This document shows, piece after piece, positions 47,663-56,228 of a stretch of DNA of 64,000 nt. This stretch comes from a virus. Position 1 is the stretch's first letter. The number at the start of each line of letters is the position of its first letter. The position numbers and the translations under genes are program-made. The notes below the pieces were generated by a model that did no database searches, was not told the DNA's origin, and saw only the letters and a list, made by a program, of their open reading frames with translations. The DNA is taken from IMG/VR virus record IMGVR_UViG_3300027082_000001, positions 9,613-73,612 of that record; one strand, given 5' to 3'.

Positions 47663-48001
47663 ATGCCTGACTTCAAAGTTTACATTGCCGGTCCCATGAG
47701 TGGGATCAAAGACCACAACAAATCTGCATTTCTCAAGGCTGAAGAAGATATCGTGGCTATGCTCGAAGGGGAAACCAAGGAAGTCTTCAACCCGATCTCC
47801 CACGAGGCTTCTCTCATGGTTCAGACGGGTCAAGTCCGGGATACACAGGAAGCCTACCGTATGTGTATGGCCATCGACTGTGAGTATATCTGCAAGCACG
47901 CCACGCACATCTATATGCTCAAAGGCTGGGAATACTCCAAGGGTGCCATGGCAGAATGGACGCTGGCCAAGTGTCTGAGGCTGGAGATCTGGTATGAGTA
48001 G
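47663..48001 (+). CDS. DUF4406 (nucleoside deoxyribosyltransferase-like fold) protein
   Basis: VYIAGPMSG, FNP, IYMLKGWEYSKGAMAE; AAGGA RBS. Confidence 0.85.
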   Translation: MPDFKVYIAGPMSGIKDHNKSAFLKAEEDIVAMLEGETKEVFNPISHEASLMVQTGQVRDTQEAYRMCMAIDCEYICKHATHIYMLKGWEYSKGAMAEWTLAKCLRLEIWYE

Positions 48002-48224
48002 GTTTCCATATACCCATGCTGCGGACTTCATTCGACAGATCGTCAGTCTACAGGTATCTCGATCTGAGGCTTCCCAGCTTCGTCAGAAGATTGCTGAAGC
48101 TCTTGACATGGAAGATTCTGAACTCGCAGCCAAACTGGCTATCATTTTCATGCGAGAGAATGATCTCCTGCCTAAACCAACGATGACATCAGACGAACTC
48201 ATGGCTCTCACACGAGAGAAATAG
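47994..48224 (+). CDS. hypothetical protein
   Basis: GGAG RBS, overlaps upstream stop. Confidence 0.65.
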   Translation: MSRFPYTHAADFIRQIVSLQVSRSEASQLRQKIAEALDMEDSELAAKLAIIFMRENDLLPKPTMTSDELMALTREK

Positions 48225-48529
48225 CGTGCCTCTTCTGCAACTGTGCAAAAATACACACCCCTTGTGCAAAAATGCAGATCTTGACAGGCTGATTTGAAAA
48301 ATCTACCTCGTAGGGCAGGGCTGCGGCCTTGGGGGCAAGCCAGGGTGAAATCCGTTCTCACTACAGTGATAACCAGACCGGCCCCGTTCCCTTACTGTAT
48401 CCCTCCAGTACACTCACCCCTCACCCGAAAGGGAACAGAGTTACTGATCCTGCACCCCTCCTGAGAAGATCCTTTACCTATACCCATCGGTTATCGACGA
48501 ACAAACGCCAGTTTGTGAGGAGCATATCT

Positions 48530-48661
48530 ATGTCTAAACCAAGTCTGACAGATCTCATGAACCAGATCGAAAACTGGAAGATTCAAACCATGAAAGAGAT
48601 TGAGCTTTATGACCGTCGAGAGTTAGCTCGTGGAGTAGCTTCTGCATTACTCTCAAAATAG
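48530..48661 (+). CDS. small hypothetical protein (43 aa)
   Basis: GAGGAG RBS before ATG 48530; MSKPSLTDLMNQIENWK. Confidence 0.5.
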   Translation: MSKPSLTDLMNQIENWKIQTMKEIELYDRRELARGVASALLSK

Positions 48662-48820
48662 CTCTTAAAATGGGGGTCTGGGAGATTAATAACCCCACTA
48701 ATCTGAGAGTAAGTTTCTGTTCTCAGTTTGTTCCCCTATATGGTGACAGCCTCAGCATAAAATTTCCATTGGTGATTTTCGCTATACTGTCGAGGGTGGA
48801 GGGGTTTCTGTGTGTGGAGT

Positions 48821-48918
48821 TACACACCCTGACCCCACCCCCCCACCTTCAAATTACACACATTGGACTGCCCCCCATTTATTACACACCCTGATACACA
48901 CCCAGATCATTACACTCC
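48821..48918 (+). repeat. TACACAC(CC) short direct repeats in probable terminal region
   Basis: Copies at 48821, 48855, 48883, 48895, degenerate at 48911; another at 48252. Confidence 0.7.
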
Positions 48919-48925
48919 AGTTATG

Positions 48926-48944
48926 CAGGCTTCGCCTGTCTTGG
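48926..48944 (+). promoter_or_regulatory. vRNAP hairpin early promoter P1
   Basis: CAGGC-TTC-GCCTG-TCTTGG; template strand gives a 5-bp stem with C-GAA-G triloop as in N4 early promoters. Confidence 0.8.
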
Positions 48945-48974
48945 CACTTCAACCCAGTCATAGGAGATCATACC

Positions 48975-49262
48975 ATGGGAATCTTTGCCTCAACTCGCAA
49001 TGCCATCTGCTCCGTCCTCGATACCGTCACCGATGTGGCTGATACCGCAGGAAAAAGCGTCAGCATGGCAACCACTTATGTGGACAATCGTGCATTCGTC
49101 TTCGAAGATGAAGATGCTGCCGTAGTTGCTACTGCCTCTGCTAAACGTCAAGCTGAACTCAAGCGTGAACTGGAAGCCGACGAGGATGCAACCGAGATCT
49201 ACAACGACCTCATCAAGCGCATGGAAACTCGTCGTGAAGCACGTCGCTCCAACCGCACCTAA
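48975..49262 (+). CDS. first early gene, hypothetical
   Basis: AGGAG RBS, directly after P1, followed by a hairpin. Confidence 0.8.
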   Translation: MGIFASTRNAICSVLDTVTDVADTAGKSVSMATTYVDNRAFVFEDEDAAVVATASAKRQAELKRELEADEDATEIYNDLIKRMETRREARRSNRT

Positions 49263-49269
49263 CCAACTG

Positions 49270-49296
49270 GCTCTCCCTACCACCATAGGGGGAGTC
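49270..49296 (+). terminator. hairpin terminator after first early gene
   Basis: CTCTCCCTA-ccacca-TAGGGGGAG stem. Confidence 0.6.
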
Positions 49297-49397
49297 GGAA
49301 CCGTTTCCCAGATAGACTGACTGATAGACCACTATACTCAGACTAAAGTCTAGCTTGGTAACTGAATTCAACTTTCCCTCAACTCAGGAGAACTCAG

Positions 49398-49685
49398 ATG
49401 ACACCTGTCATGCCCTCTGTCACGTATGTCTACGCTCAACTGCTCCAAGGTCGTGACATCCTCTCTCAGAAGATCTCAGACCAAGCCAATTGGATTCACT
49501 GCATGATTGGAGTCATGAGCAATATCAAACCAACCAGCTTAGATATTGCTCAACTCGAAGACGCGAAAACCAGAAGAGATCAGATGATCCAAGACCTTGA
49601 CTGGTGCGAGAAGTTCATCACTGAAATCGAAACCTGTGGCTGTCTTGAAAAAGACATAGAAGCTCAACCTCTCAACATCCCCTAA
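49398..49685 (+). CDS. early hypothetical protein
   Basis: AGGAG RBS; 95 aa. Confidence 0.7.
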   Translation: MTPVMPSVTYVYAQLLQGRDILSQKISDQANWIHCMIGVMSNIKPTSLDIAQLEDAKTRRDQMIQDLDWCEKFITEIETCGCLEKDIEAQPLNIP

Positions 49686-49707
49686 ATTTCTGTGAAAGGA
49701 TACCAGC

Positions 49708-49866
49708 ATGAAACTGTTCTGGAACCTCATCACCATCATTGGACTGCTGCTTGTAGTGGGGGCAATCCTTACCTTTCCACCTCTGCTACTGACTCTCACC
49801 CTATTCCACGAAGGCAAAATGCCTTGGAACAGAGAGAAAGAAGCAGGAATCTCAGGAGATATCTGA
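49708..49866 (+). CDS. small early membrane protein (52 aa)
   Basis: AAAGGA RBS; MKLFWNLITIIGLLLVVGAIL; fills the gap; below the ORF-track cutoff. Confidence 0.6.
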   Translation: MKLFWNLITIIGLLLVVGAILTFPPLLLTLTLFHEGKMPWNREKEAGISGDI

Positions 49867-49867
49867 A

Positions 49868-50176
49868 ATGACAACATCAAACGTCATCCACACAATGGAT
49901 GCACAACAACAGAACCAACTGATCGAACAAGATCGGGTAAACTACCAATTCACCATTGGTGGTGAACTGTTCCGTGCATCCTATCTGCCTTTCCTCAAGA
50001 CCATCGTCTTCACACAGATCACACACAATCACAGTGAAGAGGCTAAGATGGAGGCAGGTCAATTCGTCCTGACCAGACGGTTCATAAATCCTACACCTCA
50101 CCAATCCTTGGTCTGGAACGAAGTCGTCAATTACCTCGATCACACACCCGCAGAAAGGGAGAAATACTATGCTTGA
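49868..50176 (+). CDS. early hypothetical protein
   Basis: AGGAG RBS; 102 aa. Confidence 0.7.
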   Translation: MTTSNVIHTMDAQQQNQLIEQDRVNYQFTIGGELFRASYLPFLKTIVFTQITHNHSEEAKMEAGQFVLTRRFINPTPHQSLVWNEVVNYLDHTPAEREKYYA

Positions 50177-50375
50177 AATCATCCTCTACGTCCTTATGGC
50201 AGCACCTTCTGCCACTGATGATCACGTCATGAACTATGCTGTTCCTCTGGGAATCTACTCCTCAGCTTTGGACTGTGCTGAAGCAGCAAGCTGGATTGAC
50301 GAACATGGCATGACACTGCCGCGTCATCTGTTCTGTATGCCAATGCAGATCATCCCGGAAGGGGAAGCTTTGTGA
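50169..50375 (+). CDS. early hypothetical protein with hydrophobic N-terminus and two Cys
   Basis: GGGAG RBS; overlaps upstream stop. Confidence 0.65.
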   Translation: MLEIILYVLMAAPSATDDHVMNYAVPLGIYSSALDCAEAASWIDEHGMTLPRHLFCMPMQIIPEGEAL

Positions 50376-50504
50376 CTTCACCTGTGAAATCTCATGGCAA
50401 CAAAGCACATCTCTTTCCCCCATTGATGACCCAAGAAAAGATAGATGCTGACGTATCTGTGACTCTCTGTTCTCGGTGCATTCAATGGACCATCAACCTC
50501 AGAA

Positions 50505-50524
50505 ACCGGCTTCGCCGGTCTTGG
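50505..50524 (+). promoter_or_regulatory. vRNAP hairpin early promoter P2
   Basis: CCGGC-TTC-GCCGG-TCTTGG upstream of the gp2 homolog. Confidence 0.8.
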
Positions 50525-50575
50525 GAATAATCCCAAACATCAACCAACTAACCATGCAATGAAGGAGAAATCATC

Positions 50576-50980
50576 ATGGCTTTCAAACCCGCAGCAAGTA
50601 AGACTGTTCCGACCTCGAAGAAGCGTTCCAACGTCGATGAAGACGAGTTCGCAGGTCTGTGGATCAACGTCGGCGTCGTTACCGCACCGGAAGGTGAAGA
50701 AGGTGCCGAGAAGTTCAACCGTCTGCCTCGTGGCATCGCAGTGAGCGACCTCGAACAGCACCGTATCTATGCGAACGCGCATGAGCGGAATCCCGAATGG
50801 GCCGAAGAGGCTCAGATCGTGAACGCTCTGATCCAGAAGATCCGCGAGAAATCGGCTACGTTGGGTGAAGGTGAGTCCATGCCGCTGAACTTCAGCGTTC
50901 AACTCTACCGTCGTCAGGAGCAGGTCGAATCCGTGGCCGCTCCGGAGGTCAGCGTGGACCTCGACTCTCTGTTCGGCTAA
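50576..50980 (+). CDS. N4 gp2/Drc-like ssDNA-binding RNAPII coactivator
   Basis: WINVG...F-x2-LP-x-GI...N-x-L...L-x2-GE...VQL-x-R matches the N4 gp2 pattern; AAGGAG RBS. Confidence 0.82.
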   Translation: MAFKPAASKTVPTSKKRSNVDEDEFAGLWINVGVVTAPEGEEGAEKFNRLPRGIAVSDLEQHRIYANAHERNPEWAEEAQIVNALIQKIREKSATLGEGESMPLNFSVQLYRRQEQVESVAAPEVSVDLDSLFG

Positions 50981-51057
50981 GGCTCGAACCCATGTCCTGA
51001 GCATGACATAAAACTGCTCATCGTCATCATCATCATCCTCATCTGGAGATATATCTC

Positions 51058-51234
51058 ATGCCGATGAACCCCAACATCACTCCTGCCATGAAACCTGAAG
51101 TCCAGAATCCTCAGATTCCGGATCTTCAACAGTATATCAAGGACAAACTCAAAGAAATTATTCACATGAAGGCGTCGAAGTCGCAAGACTACGACACCTC
51201 GTTTACGTGGGCATTCGTGAAAGCACTTCACTGA
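51058..51234 (+). CDS. small hypothetical protein (58 aa)
   Basis: GGAG RBS; MPMNPNITPAMKPEV; ends before a terminator. Confidence 0.55.
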   Translation: MPMNPNITPAMKPEVQNPQIPDLQQYIKDKLKEIIHMKASKSQDYDTSFTWAFVKALH

Positions 51235-51255
51235 ACCATGTTCATACGACTAAAG

Positions 51256-51298
51256 ACTGGCTTCTCAACTTCATGTTGGGAAGCCAGTTCTTTTTTTC
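51256..51298 (+). terminator. intrinsic terminator
   Basis: ACTGGCTTCTCAAC...GTTGGGAAGCCAGT followed by TCTTTTTTT. Confidence 0.85.
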
Positions 51299-51362
51299 CA
51301 ACTCAAGTTCTTGTTTTTTGGAGAGCAGATAGACCTGAGATCTGACTCACACCTATATGGTG

Positions 51363-51380
51363 GCGGCTTCGCCGCTCTTG
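51363..51380 (+). promoter_or_regulatory. vRNAP hairpin early promoter P3
   Basis: GCGGC-TTC-GCCGC-TCTTG upstream of RNAP1. Confidence 0.8.
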
Positions 51381-51484
51381 CGCTTTGCGCCTAACTCGGG
51401 ATTCCAACATCTATAAACTGAAAGTTCCGAAATGTGGCTGAAGTGACTAAACTAAACCCAACACTAACCACAGGAGAAAACCCC

Positions 51485-52276
51485 ATGGAAATGACTGAAA
51501 ACATGGTCGAAACTCAGCGAAATCTTGAGGAACTGTTCCATCGGAATCAGTTGCTGGATGTACTGCGTGAGCAATTCCAGCCTCTGACTGATGACCCGTT
51601 CAAACTCGACTGTGTGGTACAGATCTACCTGCACAAGCAGGCTGATGTACCAACCATGGTGGGACTGTTCAGCCCGAAGTGGGGAACACCACAAGAAGTG
51701 GCTGAGATGCTCAAGGAAGTCGTGGAAGATGACCTCATCGACTTCAACATGGAACACATGAAGTTCGTGTTAAAGTACGAGATCACTGCTGATGTGGAAG
51801 AACAACTGGCCAACTACCAGTTTCCTCTGCCAATGGTGGTTCCACCTCGCAAGGTGCAGAACAATCACATGGGCAGTGGCTACATCGACCGTCGTGGGAA
51901 AATCATCCTTAATGGATCTGATGTCTTCGACGACGAAGACGTATGTCTCGACCATATAAACCGAGCCAACAGTGTCGGTCTGTCTCTGAACATGAATGTC
52001 ATCGCATCTGAAGAAGGTCACATGATCCTACCCAAGAGAAAGATCGGTGAGAGCTTCGACGAATTCCAGAAGCGTCAGAAACAAGCCAAGGTGTTCTATG
52101 AGAACTCTATGAATGTCATGCAGGGACTGCTGACTCTCGGAAACGAGTTCTGGCTGACATGGAAATATGATAGACGTGGAAGGTCATACTGTGTAGGATA
52201 TCACGTAAACGCACAAGGAACGGAATATAACAAAGCGGTCCTTGAGCTTCACAACAAAGAGGTCATTACAGGATGA
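51485..52276 (+). CDS. RNA polymerase II subunit 1 (N4 gp15-like)
   Basis: QFPLPMVVPP, YDRRGRSY (DxxGR), GYHVNAQG; AGGAG RBS. Confidence 0.92.
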   Translation: MEMTENMVETQRNLEELFHRNQLLDVLREQFQPLTDDPFKLDCVVQIYLHKQADVPTMVGLFSPKWGTPQEVAEMLKEVVEDDLIDFNMEHMKFVLKYEITADVEEQLANYQFPLPMVVPPRKVQNNHMGSGYIDRRGKIILNGSDVFDDEDVCLDHINRANSVGLSLNMNVIASEEGHMILPKRKIGESFDEFQKRQKQAKVFYENSMNVMQGLLTLGNEFWLTWKYDRRGRSYCVGYHVNAQGTEYNKAVLELHNKEVITG

Positions 52277-52800
52277 AAACAAAACCACTTCCATCACAAG
52301 CTGAGTTATGTGAACTGCTTGAGTATGATCCAGTCACTGGATCTCTCAAGTGGAAACCAAGATCTGACAAATACTCAGATTATTTGAGGTTCAATAAACG
52401 ACATGCAGGACGTGAAGCATTTACTTGTGTCTCACGAGGGTATCGCACAGGATCGATTTATGGAACTAACTACAAAGCTGCACGAGTGATTTGGAAAATG
52501 ATTCATGGACATGATCCAGAAATCATTGACCATACTGATGGCAATAAGCTCAACAATCGATTGAGCAATCTCATCAACACTACACAAGCTCAAAATACCA
52601 AAAACCGAGCCAACTACAAAAACAATACATCCGGTTATTCGGGTGTATCTTGGATTACTCGACTTCAGAAATGGCAAGTGACGACTGGTGGTGCGAAGAA
52701 TCGCAAATACCATGGCACGTATGCTGATCTTGATGAAGCAATCAAAGTTAAACAACAAGCAGAAAAGGATGAACAATACCATGCAAACCATGGACGATAA
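52273..52800 (+). CDS. HNH homing endonuclease (HNH_3 with AP2-like C-terminus)
   Basis: YDPVTG, IDHTDGNKLNNRLSNL, NNTSGYSGVSW. Confidence 0.9.
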   Translation: MKTKPLPSQAELCELLEYDPVTGSLKWKPRSDKYSDYLRFNKRHAGREAFTCVSRGYRTGSIYGTNYKAARVIWKMIHGHDPEIIDHTDGNKLNNRLSNLINTTQAQNTKNRANYKNNTSGYSGVSWITRLQKWQVTTGGAKNRKYHGTYADLDEAIKVKQQAEKDEQYHANHGR

Positions 52801-52838
52801 CAAAGCTGTGCTCGAACTGAGCAGAAAGGAAGTCATCA

Positions 52839-53168
52839 ATGGCTGATCGTAGCTATTTCCCGATGGACGATCTTCGTAAACTCATGGACGTAGAGTTTGT
52901 GAACAAAAGCAAGATCACCTGCATCAAACATCTACGTTCAATGACAGGAGAAAATCTGAGGGAAATCAAAGACTTCTTCGAACAAGAGTGGTTGCCATTC
53001 ATCAATGGCACTCGCACACCACCGAAAGAGATCAAAACCTACATCAGTGAAACTCCTGAATTTGAAGCACTTGTGCAGCAGGTTCGGAAACTCTCTGAAG
53101 AGGTCGATTCTCTCAAGTCCATGAACACACGTTCACGGACAGCAACCATCTTCAACGATGAGGAGTAA
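52839..53168 (+). CDS. hypothetical protein with L7/L12 C-terminal-like motif
   Basis: KITCIKHLRSMTGENLREIKDFFE resembles the KIxAIKxxRxxTGxxLxEAKxxVE pattern. Confidence 0.7.
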   Translation: MADRSYFPMDDLRKLMDVEFVNKSKITCIKHLRSMTGENLREIKDFFEQEWLPFINGTRTPPKEIKTYISETPEFEALVQQVRKLSEEVDSLKSMNTRSRTATIFNDEE

Positions 53169-53172
53169 ACCA

Positions 53173-53277
53173 ATGAAATGGCCTTTGAATTCATTCTGGT
53201 ATGATCTCTGGGAGAAGATCCTTGGATCTGATCACATGCAGCGAAACTATATCCGCTGTTCCACTGTGAAGTATTGA
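53173..53277 (+). CDS. small hypothetical protein (34 aa)
   Basis: GAGGAG RBS; MKWPLNSFWYDLWEK. Confidence 0.45.
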   Translation: MKWPLNSFWYDLWEKILGSDHMQRNYIRCSTVKY

Positions 53278-53404
53278 TCATGATTATCGTCAATGGTCAG
53301 ACCAAATCCTTGGTCATCTTCGGGGAAGTCACACCCAATGACTTCCAAAAATTCATGGCTCAAATGGCTCATGCCATCAGCCTACATCATGGAGGAGATC
53401 CAGC

Positions 53405-53650
53405 ATGATTACTGGAGAAGACGTACAACGCTGCAAAGAAGAGAAGCAAGGAGTGAAACTCGTTGTCGTCGATACGATGCAGTTCTTCGAATTCGAGATT
53501 CCTGAAACCATGGATCCCGAAGAGTTCGTAGATTCTGATACCTGTCGCATGGAGTGTGCGATGAGGATCATGAATCAAACCACTGATCTCATTATCGACC
53601 GTGTTTGCACTCAGTATGATACGGAAAATGAAATGTGGCATGACATATGA
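53405..53650 (+). CDS. hypothetical protein
   Basis: GGAGGAG RBS; 81 aa, acidic. Confidence 0.7.
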   Translation: MITGEDVQRCKEEKQGVKLVVVDTMQFFEFEIPETMDPEEFVDSDTCRMECAMRIMNQTTDLIIDRVCTQYDTENEMWHDI

Positions 53651-53931
53651 GCCACGAAATCCCAAAGACAGCATTGGAGGACAGGCACTATCTGTGTCTG
53701 TCCATTTCAGAGTACAAAGCATTCGCTGAAGCCTTGGCGAACAACTGCTTTCTGAATCGTGATGCACAACCGTGCTCCATTCGAAAGGCTAGAACCAAAA
53801 AGCTCAAGAATATCCGTGCAAACATTCGCAAGCATAAATTCCTGATGAACTCTCTCATCTGGAAGGAGCAATTGCGTCGGATTGAAATGGAGCTTGTCAA
53901 AAGACAGAAGGAACCTCGTCATGCCCGGTAA
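53647..53931 (+). CDS. hypothetical basic protein
   Basis: ATGA overlap; 94 aa. Confidence 0.65.
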   Translation: MSHEIPKTALEDRHYLCLSISEYKAFAEALANNCFLNRDAQPCSIRKARTKKLKNIRANIRKHKFLMNSLIWKEQLRRIEMELVKRQKEPRHAR

Positions 53932-54124
53932 CAGGGAAACTTTTCTATGGTGGTCATAAGCCAACGCAGCAAAGCACCTAGTCGTGCCTGAGTCTGCCAG
54001 CAAAGCCGAGATCCACAGAGATTCTGAAGGCTACTGGCTCAACGTCTGGTGGTTATGTGGAGTCATTGCTCCCCTCACCATTCAAGAACACATACAAGCA
54101 TCTGAAGGAGAAGTATCATGCTGA
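53921..54124 (+). pseudogene. small ORF interrupted by one in-frame TAA
   Basis: ATG 53921 with AAGGA RBS, TAA at 53957-59, frame then stays open to a TGA overlapping the RNAP2 start. Confidence 0.4.
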
Positions 54125-55314
54125 AGGTCCAGCAATTTCGTGAACTAACAGGCAAAGAGTATCTCATGGCTGACATCGCCTGTAAGCACGACAAAGCCTA
54201 TGAAAAACTGGGCTGGGATGAGCGACTGGCTCACTTCGCAGAGATCGACTTCAAGGACAAAAAGACGTTCAAGGAAGCATCAAACCCCGTGGGACTGCGT
54301 GCAGCTTATCTGGCTATGGAAGATGCCATGAACCAAAAACCCAGTGGTTACATGATCAGCCTCGACGCCGCATCGTCAGGACTGCAACTGCTGGCACTCT
54401 TGGTTTCCTGTCCTACAAGCTGGAAACTATGTGGTGGTGACGAAAGTATTCTCGATGCCTATGCAGAGATCTTCGTTCACATGAACACTGATCTGAACAT
54501 CGACCGAAAAGATGTGAAACAGTCGATCATGACTGCACTCTATGGTTCCACTGCCACACCTAAAGCTGTCTTCGGTGAAGATGTGGATGTGTTCTACGAC
54601 ACCATGGAGAAGCTGGCACCCGGAGCATGGGATCTCAATCTTGGGATTCAGGAACTTTGGGATGAAATCGACGGCACAACTTACGACTGGGTGTTGCCTG
54701 ACAATTTCTATGCCTGCATCGAGACGCACGACAAGGAGATTATTCCTTTTCACTTCTTGGATCAGGAATTCCAAGTGATCCAGAAGGTGAATGAACGGCC
54801 TCGGTTCCACAAGGGACTGGGACCGAATCTCATCCACAGCATCGACGGTATGATCGTCCGTGAGATGTATCGTCGGTGTCAGTTCGATCAGCATGTGACT
54901 GCACGAGTGGCAAATCTCATTATCGAAGGTGCCAATGGCACTGATGGAAAATCCGCTGACATGGTGAAGACACTATGGACCCTCTACGAAGAGTCTGGTT
55001 TTCTGAGTGTGCGTATTCTCGACTATCTCTTTGAGGATACAATTGGTCTGGTTGATGCACTGACCATCGCCAAGCTCATTCAGTCTCTGCCAAACCAGAG
55101 CTTCCAACTGGTCTGTGTGCATGACTGCTTCCGCTGTCATCCGAACTATGGCAACGATCTTCGTCGTCAGTACAACACCATCCTGTGTCAGATTGCGAAC
55201 AGTGAGCTTCTCAGGTTCATTGCTTCACAAGTTGCTGATCAAGACATCAAGGCTAAGAAGGTAGGCAAGATTCCTGATGAAGTAATCTTGAATGCCAACT
55301 ATGCACTTTCTTGA
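54118..55314 (+). CDS. RNA polymerase II subunit 2 (N4 gp16-like)
   Basis: Motif A LDAASSGLQ, motif B RKDVKQSIMTALYGS, HSIDG, motif C VHDCF. Confidence 0.95.
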   Translation: MLKVQQFRELTGKEYLMADIACKHDKAYEKLGWDERLAHFAEIDFKDKKTFKEASNPVGLRAAYLAMEDAMNQKPSGYMISLDAASSGLQLLALLVSCPTSWKLCGGDESILDAYAEIFVHMNTDLNIDRKDVKQSIMTALYGSTATPKAVFGEDVDVFYDTMEKLAPGAWDLNLGIQELWDEIDGTTYDWVLPDNFYACIETHDKEIIPFHFLDQEFQVIQKVNERPRFHKGLGPNLIHSIDGMIVREMYRRCQFDQHVTARVANLIIEGANGTDGKSADMVKTLWTLYEESGFLSVRILDYLFEDTIGLVDALTIAKLIQSLPNQSFQLVCVHDCFRCHPNYGNDLRRQYNTILCQIANSELLRFIASQVADQDIKAKKVGKIPDEVILNANYALS

Positions 55315-55341
55315 TCTATCCTAAGATAGATCTAGACAACA

Positions 55342-55378
55342 TAACCTCATCCCTTTATAGGGGTGAGGTTACTTTTTT
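55342..55378 (+). terminator. intrinsic terminator after RNAP2
   Basis: TAACCTCATCCCT-tt-AGGGGTGAGGTTA-type stem followed by CTTTTTT. Confidence 0.8.
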
Positions 55379-55389
55379 CGGAGAACATC

Positions 55390-55920
55390 ATGGGCTACGC
55401 TGATCCAAAAACCTACCAAAACAAATATCATACAGATCCAATCACATACTTCAGACGTGTCTGGCACAACCAAAAGAAAACAGCCAAAGCCCGTGGCATG
55501 GCTCCACCTGATTACACACTTGACGAATTCATAGACTGGCTGAAGCAACAGCCTCATCTCACAGATCTTTGGACTGCATGGCAAAAATCAGGACATCAAC
55601 GAAAGCTCGCTCCATCTGTAGATCGAAAAGATGACTCCATATCCTACACGTTGAGTAATATCACTCTGATGACATGGGAAGAAAACAACCGTAAGTCTCA
55701 TAAAGATCTTCGTGCTGGTAAGTTGAATCCTAACAGTATTACTTCAGCTAAACGTCTTGGTCAGTACCACAAAGATGGGACTTTTATTGCTGAATATCTA
55801 TCTGCTGGACATGCAGAAAAACAGTTAGGTCTTTGCAAAGGAGCACGAACAAACATTCGAGCCGCAGCTTTAGGTAAACTACAAACAGCCTATGGATATG
55901 TGTGGAAAGACCTGTCGTGA
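55390..55920 (+). CDS. putative homing endonuclease (His-Me finger-like core plus NUMOD1-like domain)
   Basis: PSVDRKD...Y-x3-N...TWEEN; QY-x2-DG-x-FI-x2-Y-x-S...TAYGYVW. Confidence 0.8.
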   Translation: MGYADPKTYQNKYHTDPITYFRRVWHNQKKTAKARGMAPPDYTLDEFIDWLKQQPHLTDLWTAWQKSGHQRKLAPSVDRKDDSISYTLSNITLMTWEENNRKSHKDLRAGKLNPNSITSAKRLGQYHKDGTFIAEYLSAGHAEKQLGLCKGARTNIRAAALGKLQTAYGYVWKDLS

Positions 55921-55927
55921 CAAGAAA

Positions 55928-55963
55928 CCCCTCTAGCTGTATAGCTAGAGGGGAATCTTTTTT
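55928..55963 (+). terminator. intrinsic terminator
   Basis: CCCCTCTAGCT-gtat-AGCTAGAGGGG followed by AATCTTTTTT. Confidence 0.8.
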
Positions 55964-55985
55964 GACCAACCAAGAGGAGAGTGTC

Positions 55986-56186
55986 ATGACCAACCAGCCA
56001 GTAGAAACCTACTACTACTATGATGCGGACACAAGAACTGTCTTTCATTCCACTGAAATGGTGGAAGATAGACCTGACCTCATGTTCATGGGTTCATCAT
56101 TGAATCCAAACCATCGAATGACTGTGGCTGTGATGGCCAGAGACTTCGATCAAGTACATGGATACAAGATCAAGCCACTTCCCTGA
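55986..56186 (+). CDS. hypothetical protein
   Basis: GAGGAG RBS before ATG 55986. Confidence 0.7.
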   Translation: MTNQPVETYYYYDADTRTVFHSTEMVEDRPDLMFMGSSLNPNHRMTVAVMARDFDQVHGYKIKPLP

Positions 56187-56228
56187 CTTTTTCTTTTTGG
56201 TTTTGTATTCAACTAAGAGGAAACCCCA

